Assembly: GCA_938083505.1 (NCBI GenBank)
Contig: CALKCF010000002.1
Coordinates: 128,001-192,000 of the forward strand
Length of the DNA stretch: 64,000 nt
Source: an uncultured archaeon
GTDB lineage: Archaea; Thermoproteota; Nitrososphaeria_A; Caldarchaeales; Wolframiiraptoraceae
Reading direction: 5' to 3'
Under the pieces are notes generated by a model. It saw only the letters and a list, made by a program, of their open reading frames with translations. It was not told the origin of the DNA and ran no database searches. Shown piece by piece: positions 1-10,421 of the stretch. The position numbers and the translations under genes are program-made. The stretch's first letter is position 1. Every line of letters starts with the position of its first letter.

Positions 1-1012
1 CCAGAAGACTGGTAGAATAGGAAGGATAGAGATAACCTCAACATCTCAAGGTAACAAGACCTTAGGGAAAATCTTTATTCCTACAAACCTTGACAGGTTC
101 ACCACAGCCCTCGTAGCGGCGATGTTAGAAAGTATCGATAGAGTAGGCCCTTACCATGCAAAAGTCACCTTAGAGAAGATTGAGGATACAAGGGCTGAAA
201 AGAGGAAGAAAATAATCGAAAGGGCAAGGGCCATACTTTATGAGTGGGAAAAACAGAAGATTCCAGAGGATGATGAGGTACTCAAAGAACTTGAGGAAGC
301 AGTAATCAGAAGTAAAGTCGTAGAATTCGGACCAGAAAGACTTCCTGCTGGACCTGAAGTTGAATCGAGTAGTGAATTGATAATAGTCGAGGGCAGGGCC
401 GATGTGATAAATCTCTTACGCCATGGTTACAAGAACGTGATAGCTGTTGATGGCGTAAAAGTGCCGAAATCGGTATCTGAGTTAACAAGAAGGAAGAAAA
501 CTGTCATAGCATTTCTTGATGGTGATAGAGGTGGTGATTTAATACTCAGGGAGTTATTACAAAACTCTAAGATAGATTTTGTTACAAGAGCGCCCTATGG
601 TAGAGAAGTTGAGGAGTTAACGGGTAAAGAGATCTCGGAGGCGCTACAACGAGCAGTAACGATAGAGGAAGTCATTAAAAACATTAAACATTGGGCTCCA
701 GAAAAATCTTCTCAAATACCTGAAGAACTTGTGCAGTTCGTAAAGGAGGTTGACGGAAATCTCATGGCAGTAATACTGGATGAGTCTTTTCAAATTCTGG
801 CAAAGATACCGGTGAGCGAGCTAGCCCAGAAGATAGCTGAATACAGAAATATGAAGTATCTTGTATTCGATGGTGTAGTGACTCAGAGGCTTGTAGACGT
901 TGTATCGACGCTTGATCACGACGTGTACTTAATAGGTATGAGAATAGGTGAAATTTCAAAAAAGTCGCAGAACGTTCACATAATATCAGCTGACCAACTC
1001 GTCAATAATTGA
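1..1012 (+). CDS. dnaG: Archaeal DnaG-type primase / exosome-associated protein, 5'-truncated by window edge
   Basis: Frame open from base 2 (QKTGRIGRIEI...); TOPRIM motifs IIVEGRADV and FLDGDRGG; C-terminal FDGVVTQRLVD. Confidence 0.93.
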   Translation, partial: QKTGRIGRIEITSTSQGNKTLGKIFIPTNLDRFTTALVAAMLESIDRVGPYHAKVTLEKIEDTRAEKRKKIIERARAILYEWEKQKIPEDDEVLKELEEAVIRSKVVEFGPERLPAGPEVESSSELIIVEGRADVINLLRHGYKNVIAVDGVKVPKSVSELTRRKKTVIAFLDGDRGGDLILRELLQNSKIDFVTRAPYGREVEELTGKEISEALQRAVTIEEVIKNIKHWAPEKSSQIPEELVQFVKEVDGNLMAVILDESFQILAKIPVSELAQKIAEYRNMKYLVFDGVVTQRLVDVVSTLDHDVYLIGMRIGEISKKSQNVHIISADQLVNN

Positions 1013-2084
1013 GTTTCGTCGGATACTTCAATATACCTACAATGCTTCCGAGTGCCTTTATTTTATCACCCGCTTCTGTACCAGGAAGCACTATATACAT
1101 CTCGATGCGTCTTTCATCTACCAAATCCATAATTTGCTGGAATCTTTCGTCATGTATGTTAGCCCAAATAAAATCTTCAGTAACTATGATGTCTTTAATA
1201 GCTGCTAATTCTATCGCCTTGTAAACTTCTTCAAATCCTATAGCTACATTCATCCAATTTTTTGACATAAACTTTATGAAGTTTTCGACGATATCCGCAT
1301 CTTTTACTAGTTTAACGGATCCGCCAACATCACTAAGAAGTTTGTTCCTTAGCGCTTCCTGTAATCCTGCCAAGGACCCGTCCGAAACGTGACTGACCTT
1401 TTTAATTGCTTTGAAGACCTTTTCTCTCTCCTTTCTCAAGAATTTGAGAAAGTTTTCTATGGCTATCTCATTTCCCAGAACAATAATCGTCGGATTTTCC
1501 ATCTCGATTTTTCTTTCAAGTGTTTCGGTAATTTCTGTATAAATATTTTCTATGCTTTTTACGTGCTCACCTGGCCTGTCTTTGCTTTGTGAAATGAACC
1601 TGCCTTTATGCACTACTTCTATACCCGAATTGCTTAAAGACGCTATTGTGAATCGTTCGTCATCTAATAACACACAAAGCAACTTTTTGGTTTTGACCAA
1701 TTTCCGATAGTGTTCTGCAAAACTTTCTAACCTAGAGAAGTCCTTCTCAGCTCTTATGCCCAGCTCGGATCCGACGTTCACGCTCAGCGAATGGTATTTT
1801 CCGATCAAATCAAGCTCGGCACTGGTATATACTATCCTACCGAGTAGGTGGAGCCTTTTCATGAGAGGGTCTAAAGACTTCCTTTCAAGCTCTACACCTA
1901 TTGTAACTCTGACCCTTTCGCTGTCAACTTTCCCATCCGCCCTTTGCTTCTTAATCTCCCTGCTAGTATCCGAGTAAACAACATCGCCCGTGGATATTAT
2001 CCTATATAAGTTAAGTAAGTCGAGTGTTGTCTCAGGTATTAATTTTACAAATTTTTTGTTAGGATTGATTGAGATTATTTCCAA
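1002..2084 (-). CDS. pelA: Pelota/Dom34 ribosome-rescue factor
   Basis: PETTLDLLNLYRII, GKYHSL, eRF1-like C-terminus (AGDKIKALGSIVGILKY). Confidence 0.85.
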   Translation of the reverse strand: MEIISINPNKKFVKLIPETTLDLLNLYRIISTGDVVYSDTSREIKKQRADGKVDSERVRVTIGVELERKSLDPLMKRLHLLGRIVYTSAELDLIGKYHSLSVNVGSELGIRAEKDFSRLESFAEHYRKLVKTKKLLCVLLDDERFTIASLSNSGIEVVHKGRFISQSKDRPGEHVKSIENIYTEITETLERKIEMENPTIIVLGNEIAIENFLKFLRKEREKVFKAIKKVSHVSDGSLAGLQEALRNKLLSDVGGSVKLVKDADIVENFIKFMSKNWMNVAIGFEEVYKAIELAAIKDIIVTEDFIWANIHDERFQQIMDLVDERRIEMYIVLPGTEAGDKIKALGSIVGILKYPTKLNY

Positions 2085-2130
2085 TTAACTTACCCCCTAG
2101 CTGTATAATGCAAATAGGTATGCGACCCTA

Positions 2131-2829
2131 TTATCCATATTCTTTTAGCCTTCTCCTAAGCTGCGGAGATGTATCTATTAACTTTTTCAGAACGCTTTCA
2201 AAGGATTCTTCGGGTTGTAGTAAAATTAACCTATAAACGCCGGTCCTACCTATTTCTTTTCGCCTTTTAAGAACATATACTCTTTTTCTGAGCACGTTGG
2301 GGTCTACGGAGAGCACTTTTGCTGCCTCTTCTATACTACGTTCGACTGCGAACTCGTAATGGCCTTCTTCAGTTGGTATAATAAGCATCAACTCTTTGTT
2401 TATGCCCGGTTTTCTTACATCACTCATCAACTCATTAAGGCTTGCTTTTCCCGCAAGCGAATAGAACATTTCTTCCTCACTTCTCATCGGAATGAGGGGG
2501 AAAGAAACGGACGTTAACTCATCAACGTAGACATATCCCTTCACAACATACGATGGTGTAGCTTGCACAATTTCTCTTGAGATTATGTCGTAATTAGCAT
2601 TTATCAGCGCCAGTTCGATATAATGTGATGGTATAACAGTCGGTATGAAAACGTCAACGTCGCTACTTGGTTTGACATCGCCCCTTACTATACTACCATA
2701 AGTTATGGAGAACAGATTACGCCTCCATAGGGCTTCCATGATCTTGATGGCTTTTCTCCGGAGGTTTTTTAATAACATCCAACGTTCATCGTCATAAGTA
2801 ACATACCTTACAGGGAAGTGATGTGTCAA
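2131..2829 (-). CDS. Archaeal nucleotidyltransferase-domain protein (Pol-beta family)
   Basis: YGSIVRGDVKPSSDVDVFI motif; VQATP; RREIGRTG-like tail. Confidence 0.85.
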   Translation of the reverse strand: MTHHFPVRYVTYDDERWMLLKNLRRKAIKIMEALWRRNLFSITYGSIVRGDVKPSSDVDVFIPTVIPSHYIELALINANYDIISREIVQATPSYVVKGYVYVDELTSVSFPLIPMRSEEEMFYSLAGKASLNELMSDVRKPGINKELMLIIPTEEGHYEFAVERSIEEAAKVLSVDPNVLRKRVYVLKRRKEIGRTGVYRLILLQPEESFESVLKKLIDTSPQLRRRLKEYG

Positions 2830-2847
2830 CTTTATCTGTTATGAAGA

Positions 2848-2900
2848 AGTTCATGATTCTAATTAATATTATGGGCAGCCTTATCGAGTTCATGATTCTA
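2848..2900. repeat. Two identical 14-bp direct repeats AGTTCATGATTCTA (2848-2861, 2887-2900) in the divergent promoter upstream of iorA
   Basis: Exact repeat read from sequence; palindromic TCATGA core. Confidence 0.75.
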
Positions 2901-2926
2901 CTTGTAAAAATAACATTTTTTAACTA

Positions 2927-4855
2927 GTGATTATAGATAGCAAAAAGAAAATGTTAAAAGGTTCTTTGCTTAGTAACGAAAAAGGTAAACGTGTCATACT
3001 TTCTGGGAACGAAGCTATAGTTAGGGGTGCCATAGAGGCTGGTGTCAGATTTGCGACGTCTTATCCTGGAAATCCATGCACAGAGATACTCGACACCTTA
3101 CTATTAGTGTCCAAAGAGCTCGGCATATATGCTGAGTGGTCTATTAATGAGATGGTAGCTTTGGAGGCAGCCTCTGCTGCATCAATTGCCGGCCTTAGGT
3201 CTTTTGTAGCGATGAAACACGTTGGGTTGAACTGGGCCCTTGACCCCCTGATGTGTATAAATCTCAGCGGTATCGAGGCGGGCATGCTCGTTGTTGTCGG
3301 TGACGATCCGCAGAGTAGAGCTTCACAAAACGAAGAAGACATAAGATTTTTAGCATCGATGAGTGAGCTTCCCATGCTGGAGCCCTCAGGTCCGGCAGAA
3401 GCAAAAGACATGTTCGTATGGGGTATCGAAGTTTCAGAACGCATTAAGCTTCCAGTGCTTTTACGCTCTGCACAAAGAGTTTCACATGGTCTAGAGGACG
3501 TCGTTTTAGGAGAAATAATTCAGCCCAACGTTAAAGTCGAATTTAAAAAAAATGAGAAGTACATAGTTGCAGGTGCTGGTGGAAGGTCGGTAAGACTCCA
3601 TGAAGGTTTACATAAAAAGCAGGAATTGATTGAATCTATCATTGAACGATCACCATTTAATAAAGTAATAAAGCATGGTAGAGAAAAATGGGGAATTATC
3701 TCTGCTGGAATAGGTTACGGTATTGCGGTTGAGGCTTTGAAATATTACAACATGGAAGATAAATTTGCGACGTTTAAGCTGGCTGCACCCCATCCACTAC
3801 CAAAGAAACTCCTCAGAGATTTCTGCAGTGATCTTGAGGCGGTTATTGTAGTAGAAGATGTAGAACCGTACTTACAGCATAATATAAGGGCTGTCTTGGC
3901 CGAAGAGGGAATAAATTGTAAAGTGTATGGACGCGGTAGCTTTAATCCAAAACTTGTAGGTGAGGTTACATTTAATGAGGTAGTAAGCTTAATTGAGAAG
4001 GTAGGTGGAGAAAAACTATTTTCTCCAGCATCGAGTAGGAGTCATGTTGCTAGATTTAGGCAAATGCTGATTTCCAGACCACTTACCATGTGTAGCGGTT
4101 GCCCCCATAGAGCCACTTTCTATGCGATGAGGAAAGTTGTGAACAAAATGCTCAAAGATAAAGCGATCTTCTGCGGCGACATAGGCTGCTATAGCTTTGC
4201 GTCACAACCTCCATTCCAATTAATAGATCTAAAATTATCAATGGGCGCAAGTATGGGTTTAGCCTGTGGTTTTGCAAAGTCAAAGGTTGATAGTAAGGTG
4301 TTTGCAATAATTGGTGACTCTACATTCTTCCATGCAGGCATACCCGGTTTGGTAAACGCAGTGTACAACGACGCTAGGTTTGTCGCAGTTATACTGGATA
4401 ACCTTGTGGTAGGCATGACTGGCCAGCAACCATCGCCCAGCATGGGCGTAAGCGCAAACGGCGCAAATACTACGTCCATACTGCCGGAGAATATTGCACA
4501 GGCTATCGGTGTAAAGTTCGTAAAAACTTTCAATCCCTTAGACTTGAAAGAGGCTGAAAGAGCTTTTGAAGAGGCGATTAACTACCAGGGGCCCGGGCCT
4601 GCCATGCTCGTCTCGCGCGCCCCATGTGCAGTATATGTAACTAGGAAAGCTAGGACGAGGGGTGAACGACTACTCAAATACACAATCCTAGAGGATAAGT
4701 GTACCGGTTGTGGTATATGTACACAACAATTTGGATGTCCTGCCATTATAATAGGCGAAAACAATAAGGCTAAGATAGATGGTGATGATTGTACGGGCTG
4801 TGGAGTTTGTGCCCAGATTTGTCCATATCGGGCGATCGTTAAGGAGGGGTCCTGA
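2927..4855 (+). CDS. iorA: Indolepyruvate:ferredoxin oxidoreductase alpha subunit
   Basis: GNEAIVRGA, MKHVGLN, CSGCPHR, GDIGCY, GDSTFFHAG, C-terminal 2x[4Fe-4S]. Confidence 0.93.
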   Translation: MIIDSKKKMLKGSLLSNEKGKRVILSGNEAIVRGAIEAGVRFATSYPGNPCTEILDTLLLVSKELGIYAEWSINEMVALEAASAASIAGLRSFVAMKHVGLNWALDPLMCINLSGIEAGMLVVVGDDPQSRASQNEEDIRFLASMSELPMLEPSGPAEAKDMFVWGIEVSERIKLPVLLRSAQRVSHGLEDVVLGEIIQPNVKVEFKKNEKYIVAGAGGRSVRLHEGLHKKQELIESIIERSPFNKVIKHGREKWGIISAGIGYGIAVEALKYYNMEDKFATFKLAAPHPLPKKLLRDFCSDLEAVIVVEDVEPYLQHNIRAVLAEEGINCKVYGRGSFNPKLVGEVTFNEVVSLIEKVGGEKLFSPASSRSHVARFRQMLISRPLTMCSGCPHRATFYAMRKVVNKMLKDKAIFCGDIGCYSFASQPPFQLIDLKLSMGASMGLACGFAKSKVDSKVFAIIGDSTFFHAGIPGLVNAVYNDARFVAVILDNLVVGMTGQQPSPSMGVSANGANTTSILPENIAQAIGVKFVKTFNPLDLKEAERAFEEAINYQGPGPAMLVSRAPCAVYVTRKARTRGERLLKYTILEDKCTGCGICTQQFGCPAIIIGENNKAKIDGDDCTGCGVCAQICPYRAIVKEGS

Positions 4856-5472
4856 TGGATAAAGTTTGGAATATCATAATCGCGGGCGTAGGTGGCCAGG
4901 GTATAGTAACCGTTGCCAGAATTCTAGCGGAGTCAGCGTTAGCTTCAGGCTATAAAGTCAAAACCACAGACATTGTAGGTGGTGCGCAAAGGGGCGGCGC
5001 GGTACTTAGTCATGTGAGATTCGGTGATTATGTGTACTCATCAATAATTCCGGATGGTCTTGCAGATATAGTGGTTGGGATTGAGCCGCTGGAGGCCTTA
5101 AGGACGTCACTTCAATACCTTAAGCAAGATGGCATAGTCGTATTCAATGATAGGCCAGTTTATCCTTTAACCGTCCAACTTAAACAGCAGAAATATCCTC
5201 CGCTAGTAGACATAAAGTCAGCACTTCTTACTATCACGAATAAAGTATTTGTGGTAAATGCATCAGAGATAGCCAGTTCGGTGGGCTCAAGACTGGCTAC
5301 GGGCAGCGTGCTACTCGGATTTATGAGTGCTGTTTCTGACATTCCGATACCAAAACATAATTTCTATGCAACGATAGAAGGTATGTTTGCAGAAAAAGTT
5401 GCAAAAATTAACATCCGGGCATTTGAGGCCGGCTTCTCCAAAGGGCTTGAGGTAAGCGGCCAGTTAAAGTAA
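4855..5472 (+). CDS. iorB: Indolepyruvate:ferredoxin oxidoreductase beta subunit
   Basis: AGVGGQG, GGAQRGGAVLSHVR; coupled to iorA. Confidence 0.92.
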   Translation: MDKVWNIIIAGVGGQGIVTVARILAESALASGYKVKTTDIVGGAQRGGAVLSHVRFGDYVYSSIIPDGLADIVVGIEPLEALRTSLQYLKQDGIVVFNDRPVYPLTVQLKQQKYPPLVDIKSALLTITNKVFVVNASEIASSVGSRLATGSVLLGFMSAVSDIPIPKHNFYATIEGMFAEKVAKINIRAFEAGFSKGLEVSGQLK

Positions 5473-5480
5473 CCAGAATT

Positions 5481-6425
5481 TTATTGGACAGGGATTTCTT
5501 CTACACCAAGATGTTTGAGTATCTCGCATGTCCTACAAATCTTTCTACTTGTAGGAACGCCACATACTTTACATTTTTGGATCAATATATTAGAAGGTTT
5601 TATCAACCTTTCAAACGATGTTAAAGCTGTGTAAAGTGTTCCAGGATGGTTCTCTTCATATTCAGTTAAAAAGTTTCTAATTATATTACGCATTGATGTC
5701 CTCGCATATGGGCAAACGTGAGATTGAAACGGTATGCCGTGGAGATATGCGTACATCACAACCTCATCCTCCGGTGTGAGCTTGAAGGGAGCGACCCTCG
5801 GAACAAGCCCCTCGATTTCTGTTCTTATACCGAATGGTTGCTTGTCTACATCACCCCTAAATACGTTCATGAGATACGTCTGGACAACATCGTCCAAGGT
5901 GTGGGCCGTCGTTATCACAGTTGCACCAACACGTCTGGCCATGATATCTAGAGCTCTTCTTCTGAGTATGCCACAAACCGTGCAGGGCTTAATGCCTGCC
6001 CTATCTACGATACCATCTTTCACTACATCGTCTAAGGTGAAACCAAAAAGCTCTTTAAAGCTTATCTTTATGTGCTCAATACCGTTCATTCTTGAAATGA
6101 AGTCTTCTGCGTTTTTTATTGCTTCATCCCTGTAAATGCTTATGCCCTCATCAACTGTTATTGCAACCATGCTTGACTTTGGAAATTTGGCCTCAATTTT
6201 TGTCAGAACTCTCAGTAATGTCAGGCTGTCCTTTCCTCCTGAGACTGCTACCGCTATTCTATCGTCGTATTTTAGCATATTATGCTTGGCTATGGTCTTT
6301 GCGACCCTTTTTTCGAAAGTCTTCGTAAAGCATCTTGAACACAACCTCTCGCCAGAATACGCCCTAAAATATACGACTTTGCCTTTATTGCATATATTGC
6401 ATAAGCCTTCTCGTAACTCGTTCAG
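5481..6425 (-). CDS. TtuA/Ncs6-family tRNA 2-thiolation protein; N-terminal zinc finger extends upstream of called ORF to a probable CTG start
   Basis: SGGKDS PP-loop, CTVC, CPY, C-terminal CxxC..CxxC; upstream in-frame LCNICNKGKVVYFRAYSGERLCSRC. Confidence 0.85.
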   Translation of the reverse strand: MNELREGLCNICNKGKVVYFRAYSGERLCSRCFTKTFEKRVAKTIAKHNMLKYDDRIAVAVSGGKDSLTLLRVLTKIEAKFPKSSMVAITVDEGISIYRDEAIKNAEDFISRMNGIEHIKISFKELFGFTLDDVVKDGIVDRAGIKPCTVCGILRRRALDIMARRVGATVITTAHTLDDVVQTYLMNVFRGDVDKQPFGIRTEIEGLVPRVAPFKLTPEDEVVMYAYLHGIPFQSHVCPYARTSMRNIIRNFLTEYEENHPGTLYTALTSFERLIKPSNILIQKCKVCGVPTSRKICRTCEILKHLGVEEIPVQ

Positions 6426-6666
6426 GGTCCCACACCGCGTATTATCGATACCTACTTATAAAATTCTTCTTATGCACCATTTAACCTTTTGCAGTATATG
6501 TACTTAACTGTACTGTCAGTCAAGTAGTCATACATGACAGCACTGGTTAAAGATCTTATAATTTCTTTCTTTAACTTGTATTTTTGTGCCCATGAGTTTA
6601 TCTTGAAACTCACAAAGGTCTAGCCTAACCTTTATATTGTGTTTTTATAAAGGGTCCTGGTGACGT

Positions 6667-7956
6667 ATGTCAAGGGAAATAAGACTTTCGACTGTTAGGG
6701 GCATGGATGACCTTCTACCAGAAGAAATGATAGTTAAGAGGACGATTGAAGACGCTGTGAGAAGAATTTTCAATAAATATGGTTACCAAGAGATAGAGAC
6801 ACCAACCGTTGAACATTATGAAATCTTCGAGGTAAAGTCGGGTGAGGAGATAAGGGAAAGAATGTTTATCTTCGTAGACAGATCTGGTAGAAAGTTGGTT
6901 CTCAGGCCAGAGATGACGGTACCGGCGGCTAGACTCGTGGCCACGAAACTCAAGAGCGCGCCGCTGCCCATTAGGTTGGGATACATAGCAGACTGCTACC
7001 GTTATGATGAACCTCAATGGGGAAGAAAGAGGAGGTTTTATCATGGTGGTTTTGAATTGTTCGGTAGCTCCAGCCCTGCGGCTGACGCTGAGATAATCCA
7101 AGTAAGTAGGGATGTGTTTAATACTATTGGTCTAAAAGAGCACTTTTTTAAAGTCGGCCACGCTGGAACGCTCAGATCTTTAATGGAAGCTGCAGGTATA
7201 GCTGAGGTTGAACAAGATCTCATACTTTCTTTGCTTGATAGGAAAAGGGTTGACGAAGCTCTTTCACTTATGGAGGAATGTGAAGAGAAAAAGGTTATTG
7301 AGAAATTGGTAAACATTTCTGGTAATGTCGAAGAGGTTTTGAAAAAGGGTTATGATTTGATGTCCTCATGGGATAAAGCCATCAAAGCATTGGATAATTT
7401 ATCCGAAATAATAGATCTTGCACGTAGCGCGGGCGTTGACTCAAAGATCATCTTAGACCTCGGTTTTGCTAGGGGCTTGGCCTATTATACGGGCTTCATT
7501 TTTGAACAATACATACCGGGCATAGAAATAGCATTTAACGGTGGAGGGAGATATGACAAACTTACGGAGATGCTTGGTGGGAAATCTTTGCCTGCAGTAG
7601 GTTGTGCTGTAGGCATTACTAGAATACAACAGTATCTCATAGAAAAAGTTGGAGTGCAAAACTTCAATACTTCTAATACCACTGCTCTCCTTGTGAATGT
7701 TGGAGAGGGGAGCCTACACTATGCAGTAAAAGCGGCAGCAGTTATACGAGATATAGGCATGTCACTAGAGTTAGATGTTACAGGGAAAAGGATACCAGCT
7801 GCCATAGAGTATTGTGAAAAGAAGGGCATAAGATGGTTAGTCATAGTCGGCGAACGAGAAGCTCAGCAAAATACCGTTACCATTAAAGATTTACAGACAA
7901 GGACGCAGATAGAGGTCAAGCTTGATGACCGAAGCGCACTCTTAAATGCTTTTTAG
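6667..7956 (+). CDS. hisS: Histidyl-tRNA synthetase
   Basis: RPEMTVP, RYDEPQWGR, ARGLAYYTG, GGGRYD; anticodon-binding domain. Confidence 0.96.
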   Translation: MSREIRLSTVRGMDDLLPEEMIVKRTIEDAVRRIFNKYGYQEIETPTVEHYEIFEVKSGEEIRERMFIFVDRSGRKLVLRPEMTVPAARLVATKLKSAPLPIRLGYIADCYRYDEPQWGRKRRFYHGGFELFGSSSPAADAEIIQVSRDVFNTIGLKEHFFKVGHAGTLRSLMEAAGIAEVEQDLILSLLDRKRVDEALSLMEECEEKKVIEKLVNISGNVEEVLKKGYDLMSSWDKAIKALDNLSEIIDLARSAGVDSKIILDLGFARGLAYYTGFIFEQYIPGIEIAFNGGGRYDKLTEMLGGKSLPAVGCAVGITRIQQYLIEKVGVQNFNTSNTTALLVNVGEGSLHYAVKAAAVIRDIGMSLELDVTGKRIPAAIEYCEKKGIRWLVIVGEREAQQNTVTIKDLQTRTQIEVKLDDRSALLNAF

Positions 7957-7977
7957 TAATCAGTAGGGGCATCTTGC

Positions 7978-8826
7978 TTGCCCTCGCTAGGATTGATCAT
8001 AGAAGCAACACTTGTCATGATCATCCTTCTGTTAATCTCAGTTAAGGCAGGCTTTGTTGACCCAGGTGGTTTGATTTCGTCTTTTGTAATTGGTTATGTG
8101 ATATATGTACTCGGCGATAGACTCTTCTTTGTTCCATTGCTGATATTCTACATTGTAGCTGGTTTAATGACAAAATTATGCTACGAAGAGAAAAAACTCA
8201 AAGGTGCTGCAGAAGAGAAGTTCGGCGCTAGGGGGTGGAAGAATGTGCTTGCAAACGGTAGCGTAGCTTTGATTATTGTTTGTATAGCCACCTACACCAA
8301 TAACATGCAAAGACCTGAATTCTTGGCAGCGTATCTAGGTGCTATCTCGACAGCCTATGCTGATACGCTTGCTACAGAGATAGGATTGCTATATCCGCGG
8401 GAACCAAGGTTGATAACAAACATGAAACCCGTACCCGCTGGAATGCCTGGAGGAGTTTCACCCTACGGAACTGCCGCGCAGCTCCTCAGCGCATTTACAA
8501 TAGTTCCGGCAATCATGCTATTTTTACCGACTAAAGGCGGATTGACGGTATTTTTTAACTTGTTAGCAATCGTGCTCATATCCAGCCTTTTGGGTTCTAC
8601 TTTTGACAGTTTTATAGGAGCGACTGTGCAAGCAGTATACAGATGCAAAATATGTGGTAAGACAACTGAGAGAAGAGTTCATTGCAACACTGAAGCACAA
8701 CTCTTAAAGGGGATTAGATACATTGATAATAACCTGGTAAACTTGATAACGACGATCATAGGTGCCGTGATTGCATATATGCTTGTATATTCTGGCTTAA
8801 TATCATTTGAAAACTATATAGATTGA
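7978..8826 (+). CDS. DUF92/TMEM19 family membrane protein
   Basis: RGWKNVLANG, ADTLATEIG, GGVSPYG, DSFIGATVQ, IDNNLVN. Confidence 0.9.
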   Translation: MPSLGLIIEATLVMIILLLISVKAGFVDPGGLISSFVIGYVIYVLGDRLFFVPLLIFYIVAGLMTKLCYEEKKLKGAAEEKFGARGWKNVLANGSVALIIVCIATYTNNMQRPEFLAAYLGAISTAYADTLATEIGLLYPREPRLITNMKPVPAGMPGGVSPYGTAAQLLSAFTIVPAIMLFLPTKGGLTVFFNLLAIVLISSLLGSTFDSFIGATVQAVYRCKICGKTTERRVHCNTEAQLLKGIRYIDNNLVNLITTIIGAVIAYMLVYSGLISFENYID

Positions 8827-8838
8827 ATTAAAAAGGGT

Positions 8839-9237
8839 TTACTTTAACGGCACATACATGCTGGACCTTGTAGCACCGACACCAGCCCTTCCGTGTATGA
8901 CGCGTTTATTTGTTATCGCAAATTCGCCTAACCTATGACCAATCATCTCGGGGACTATCTCAACCGGTACGAATTCCTTTCCGTTATGCACATGTATTGT
9001 TAAGCCGATCATTTCGGGCAATATTATCATGTCCCTTGCATGTGTTTTTATCGATTTTTGAATTCCAAGCTTCCTATATTTTCTAATTTTAGCAAGAAGT
9101 TTCAGCTGTGCCTGAGTTAGCCCCCTTCTTCTTAAGCTTCTCCTCTGCCTGCTCGGAAGTAATTTAATGAACTGATCCATGCTCATAGACTTGAGCTGTT
9201 CCAGTGTATAACCCCTGTAGAGGAATTCCCTTACCAT
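8839..9237 (-). CDS. rps19p: 30S ribosomal protein S19
   Basis: [34 protein letters not shown]. Confidence 0.97.
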   Translation of the reverse strand: MVREFLYRGYTLEQLKSMSMDQFIKLLPSRQRRSLRRRGLTQAQLKLLAKIRKYRKLGIQKSIKTHARDMIILPEMIGLTIHVHNGKEFVPVEIVPEMIGHRLGEFAITNKRVIHGRAGVGATRSSMYVPLK

Positions 9238-9280
9238 TTAAGATCAAAAAGAATGTACCATAGTAGCCTTTATTAAGGGT

Positions 9281-10006
9281 TTAGGTCTTCTTTTTCCTTC
9301 CGGTTCTCTTAGCGGCTATAAGACCGACTTTTCTTCCAGGCGGCGCATTCCTAGAAACCGTTTCAGGTCTGCCTATACGTTTATGACTACCACCACCGAA
9401 TGGATGGAAAGCCGGTGCCATCGCGACACCTCTAACCCTCGGGTATGGTCTTCTCTTAGCCTTCATCCAGTGGTACCTCTTGCCAGCTTTCAAGAATGGT
9501 TTGTCCGGTCTTCCACTTCCCGCTACTACGCCTATCACTGCGAAAGACTTAGAACTCAACTCCACGATTTTCTTTGATGGCAACCTAACTAATGTTTTGT
9601 CACCCATTTGTGCCATAACAGTCGCATAAGCACCTGAAGAGCGGGCTAGTTTGCCTCCATCTCCAGGCCTAAGCTCAATTGAAGATATTACAGTCCCTTC
9701 CGGTAATTTACTAAGCGGAAGGATGTTTCCAGGTTGGATAGGCGCCTCAGAACCTATGTAAACCTTTTGTCCTTCGCTCATACCTTCCACTGCCGCCATA
9801 ACGAAGCTTTCACCATTTTGGAGCTCCACCTCAGCTACGGGAGCTCCACGACCTGGGTCATGATGGAACCTTCTCACTATGCCCACAAGCGTCTTCCCTG
9901 TCTCTACAAGGTTTGTTGGAAAACCTACCTGAAACTTTCTCTTAAGTGAGGCTGCAAAGCTTGGCGAACCTCTGCCGAGCCTCTGAGCCCTTATGTTTCT
10001 TCCCAT
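9281..10006 (-). CDS. rpl2p: 50S ribosomal protein L2
   Basis: HDPGRGAP, RVRGVAM..HPFGGG, PPGRKVGLIAA. Confidence 0.97.
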   Translation of the reverse strand: MGRNIRAQRLGRGSPSFAASLKRKFQVGFPTNLVETGKTLVGIVRRFHHDPGRGAPVAEVELQNGESFVMAAVEGMSEGQKVYIGSEAPIQPGNILPLSKLPEGTVISSIELRPGDGGKLARSSGAYATVMAQMGDKTLVRLPSKKIVELSSKSFAVIGVVAGSGRPDKPFLKAGKRYHWMKAKRRPYPRVRGVAMAPAFHPFGGGSHKRIGRPETVSRNAPPGRKVGLIAAKRTGRKKKT

Positions 10007-10077
10007 ACTAATACCACCTAGCTCCTAAGTGACTATCAAAGATCGTTTAAGAGCTACCTTAAGAGCTTTTGATAAGG

Positions 10078-10338
10078 TTAGAATATTCCGAGCTTAACCG
10101 CAAGCTCAGATGCACTATACTCCGGTTTCAGCTTTACGAATGCCTTCTTTTCACCGAGCGGTGTTATCAGCGTGTTAACCGTTTCTACCTTAACTTCATA
10201 AAGCTTCTCTACAGCATCCTTTATTTGCTTCTTTGTGGCTTTTATGTCGACTATGAAGGTTATTTTGTTCTCTTTTTCTACGAGTGAGACAGTATCCTGG
10301 GTTATGACAACCCTTTTTATCACCTTTTGTGGGTCCAT
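10078..10338 (-). CDS. rpl23p: 50S ribosomal protein L23
   Basis: [26 protein letters not shown]; ATG at 10338 preferred. Confidence 0.95.
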   Translation of the reverse strand: MDPQKVIKRVVITQDTVSLVEKENKITFIVDIKATKKQIKDAVEKLYEVKVETVNTLITPLGEKKAFVKLKPEYSASELAVKLGIF

Positions 10339-10421
10339 GGTAAAAAGCATGATAAAGCCGCTCTATTTTTAGTTTTTTGAAAAAATAAAAAAAGAAGGGA
10401 ATATTTGTGGGCATCGGTAGG

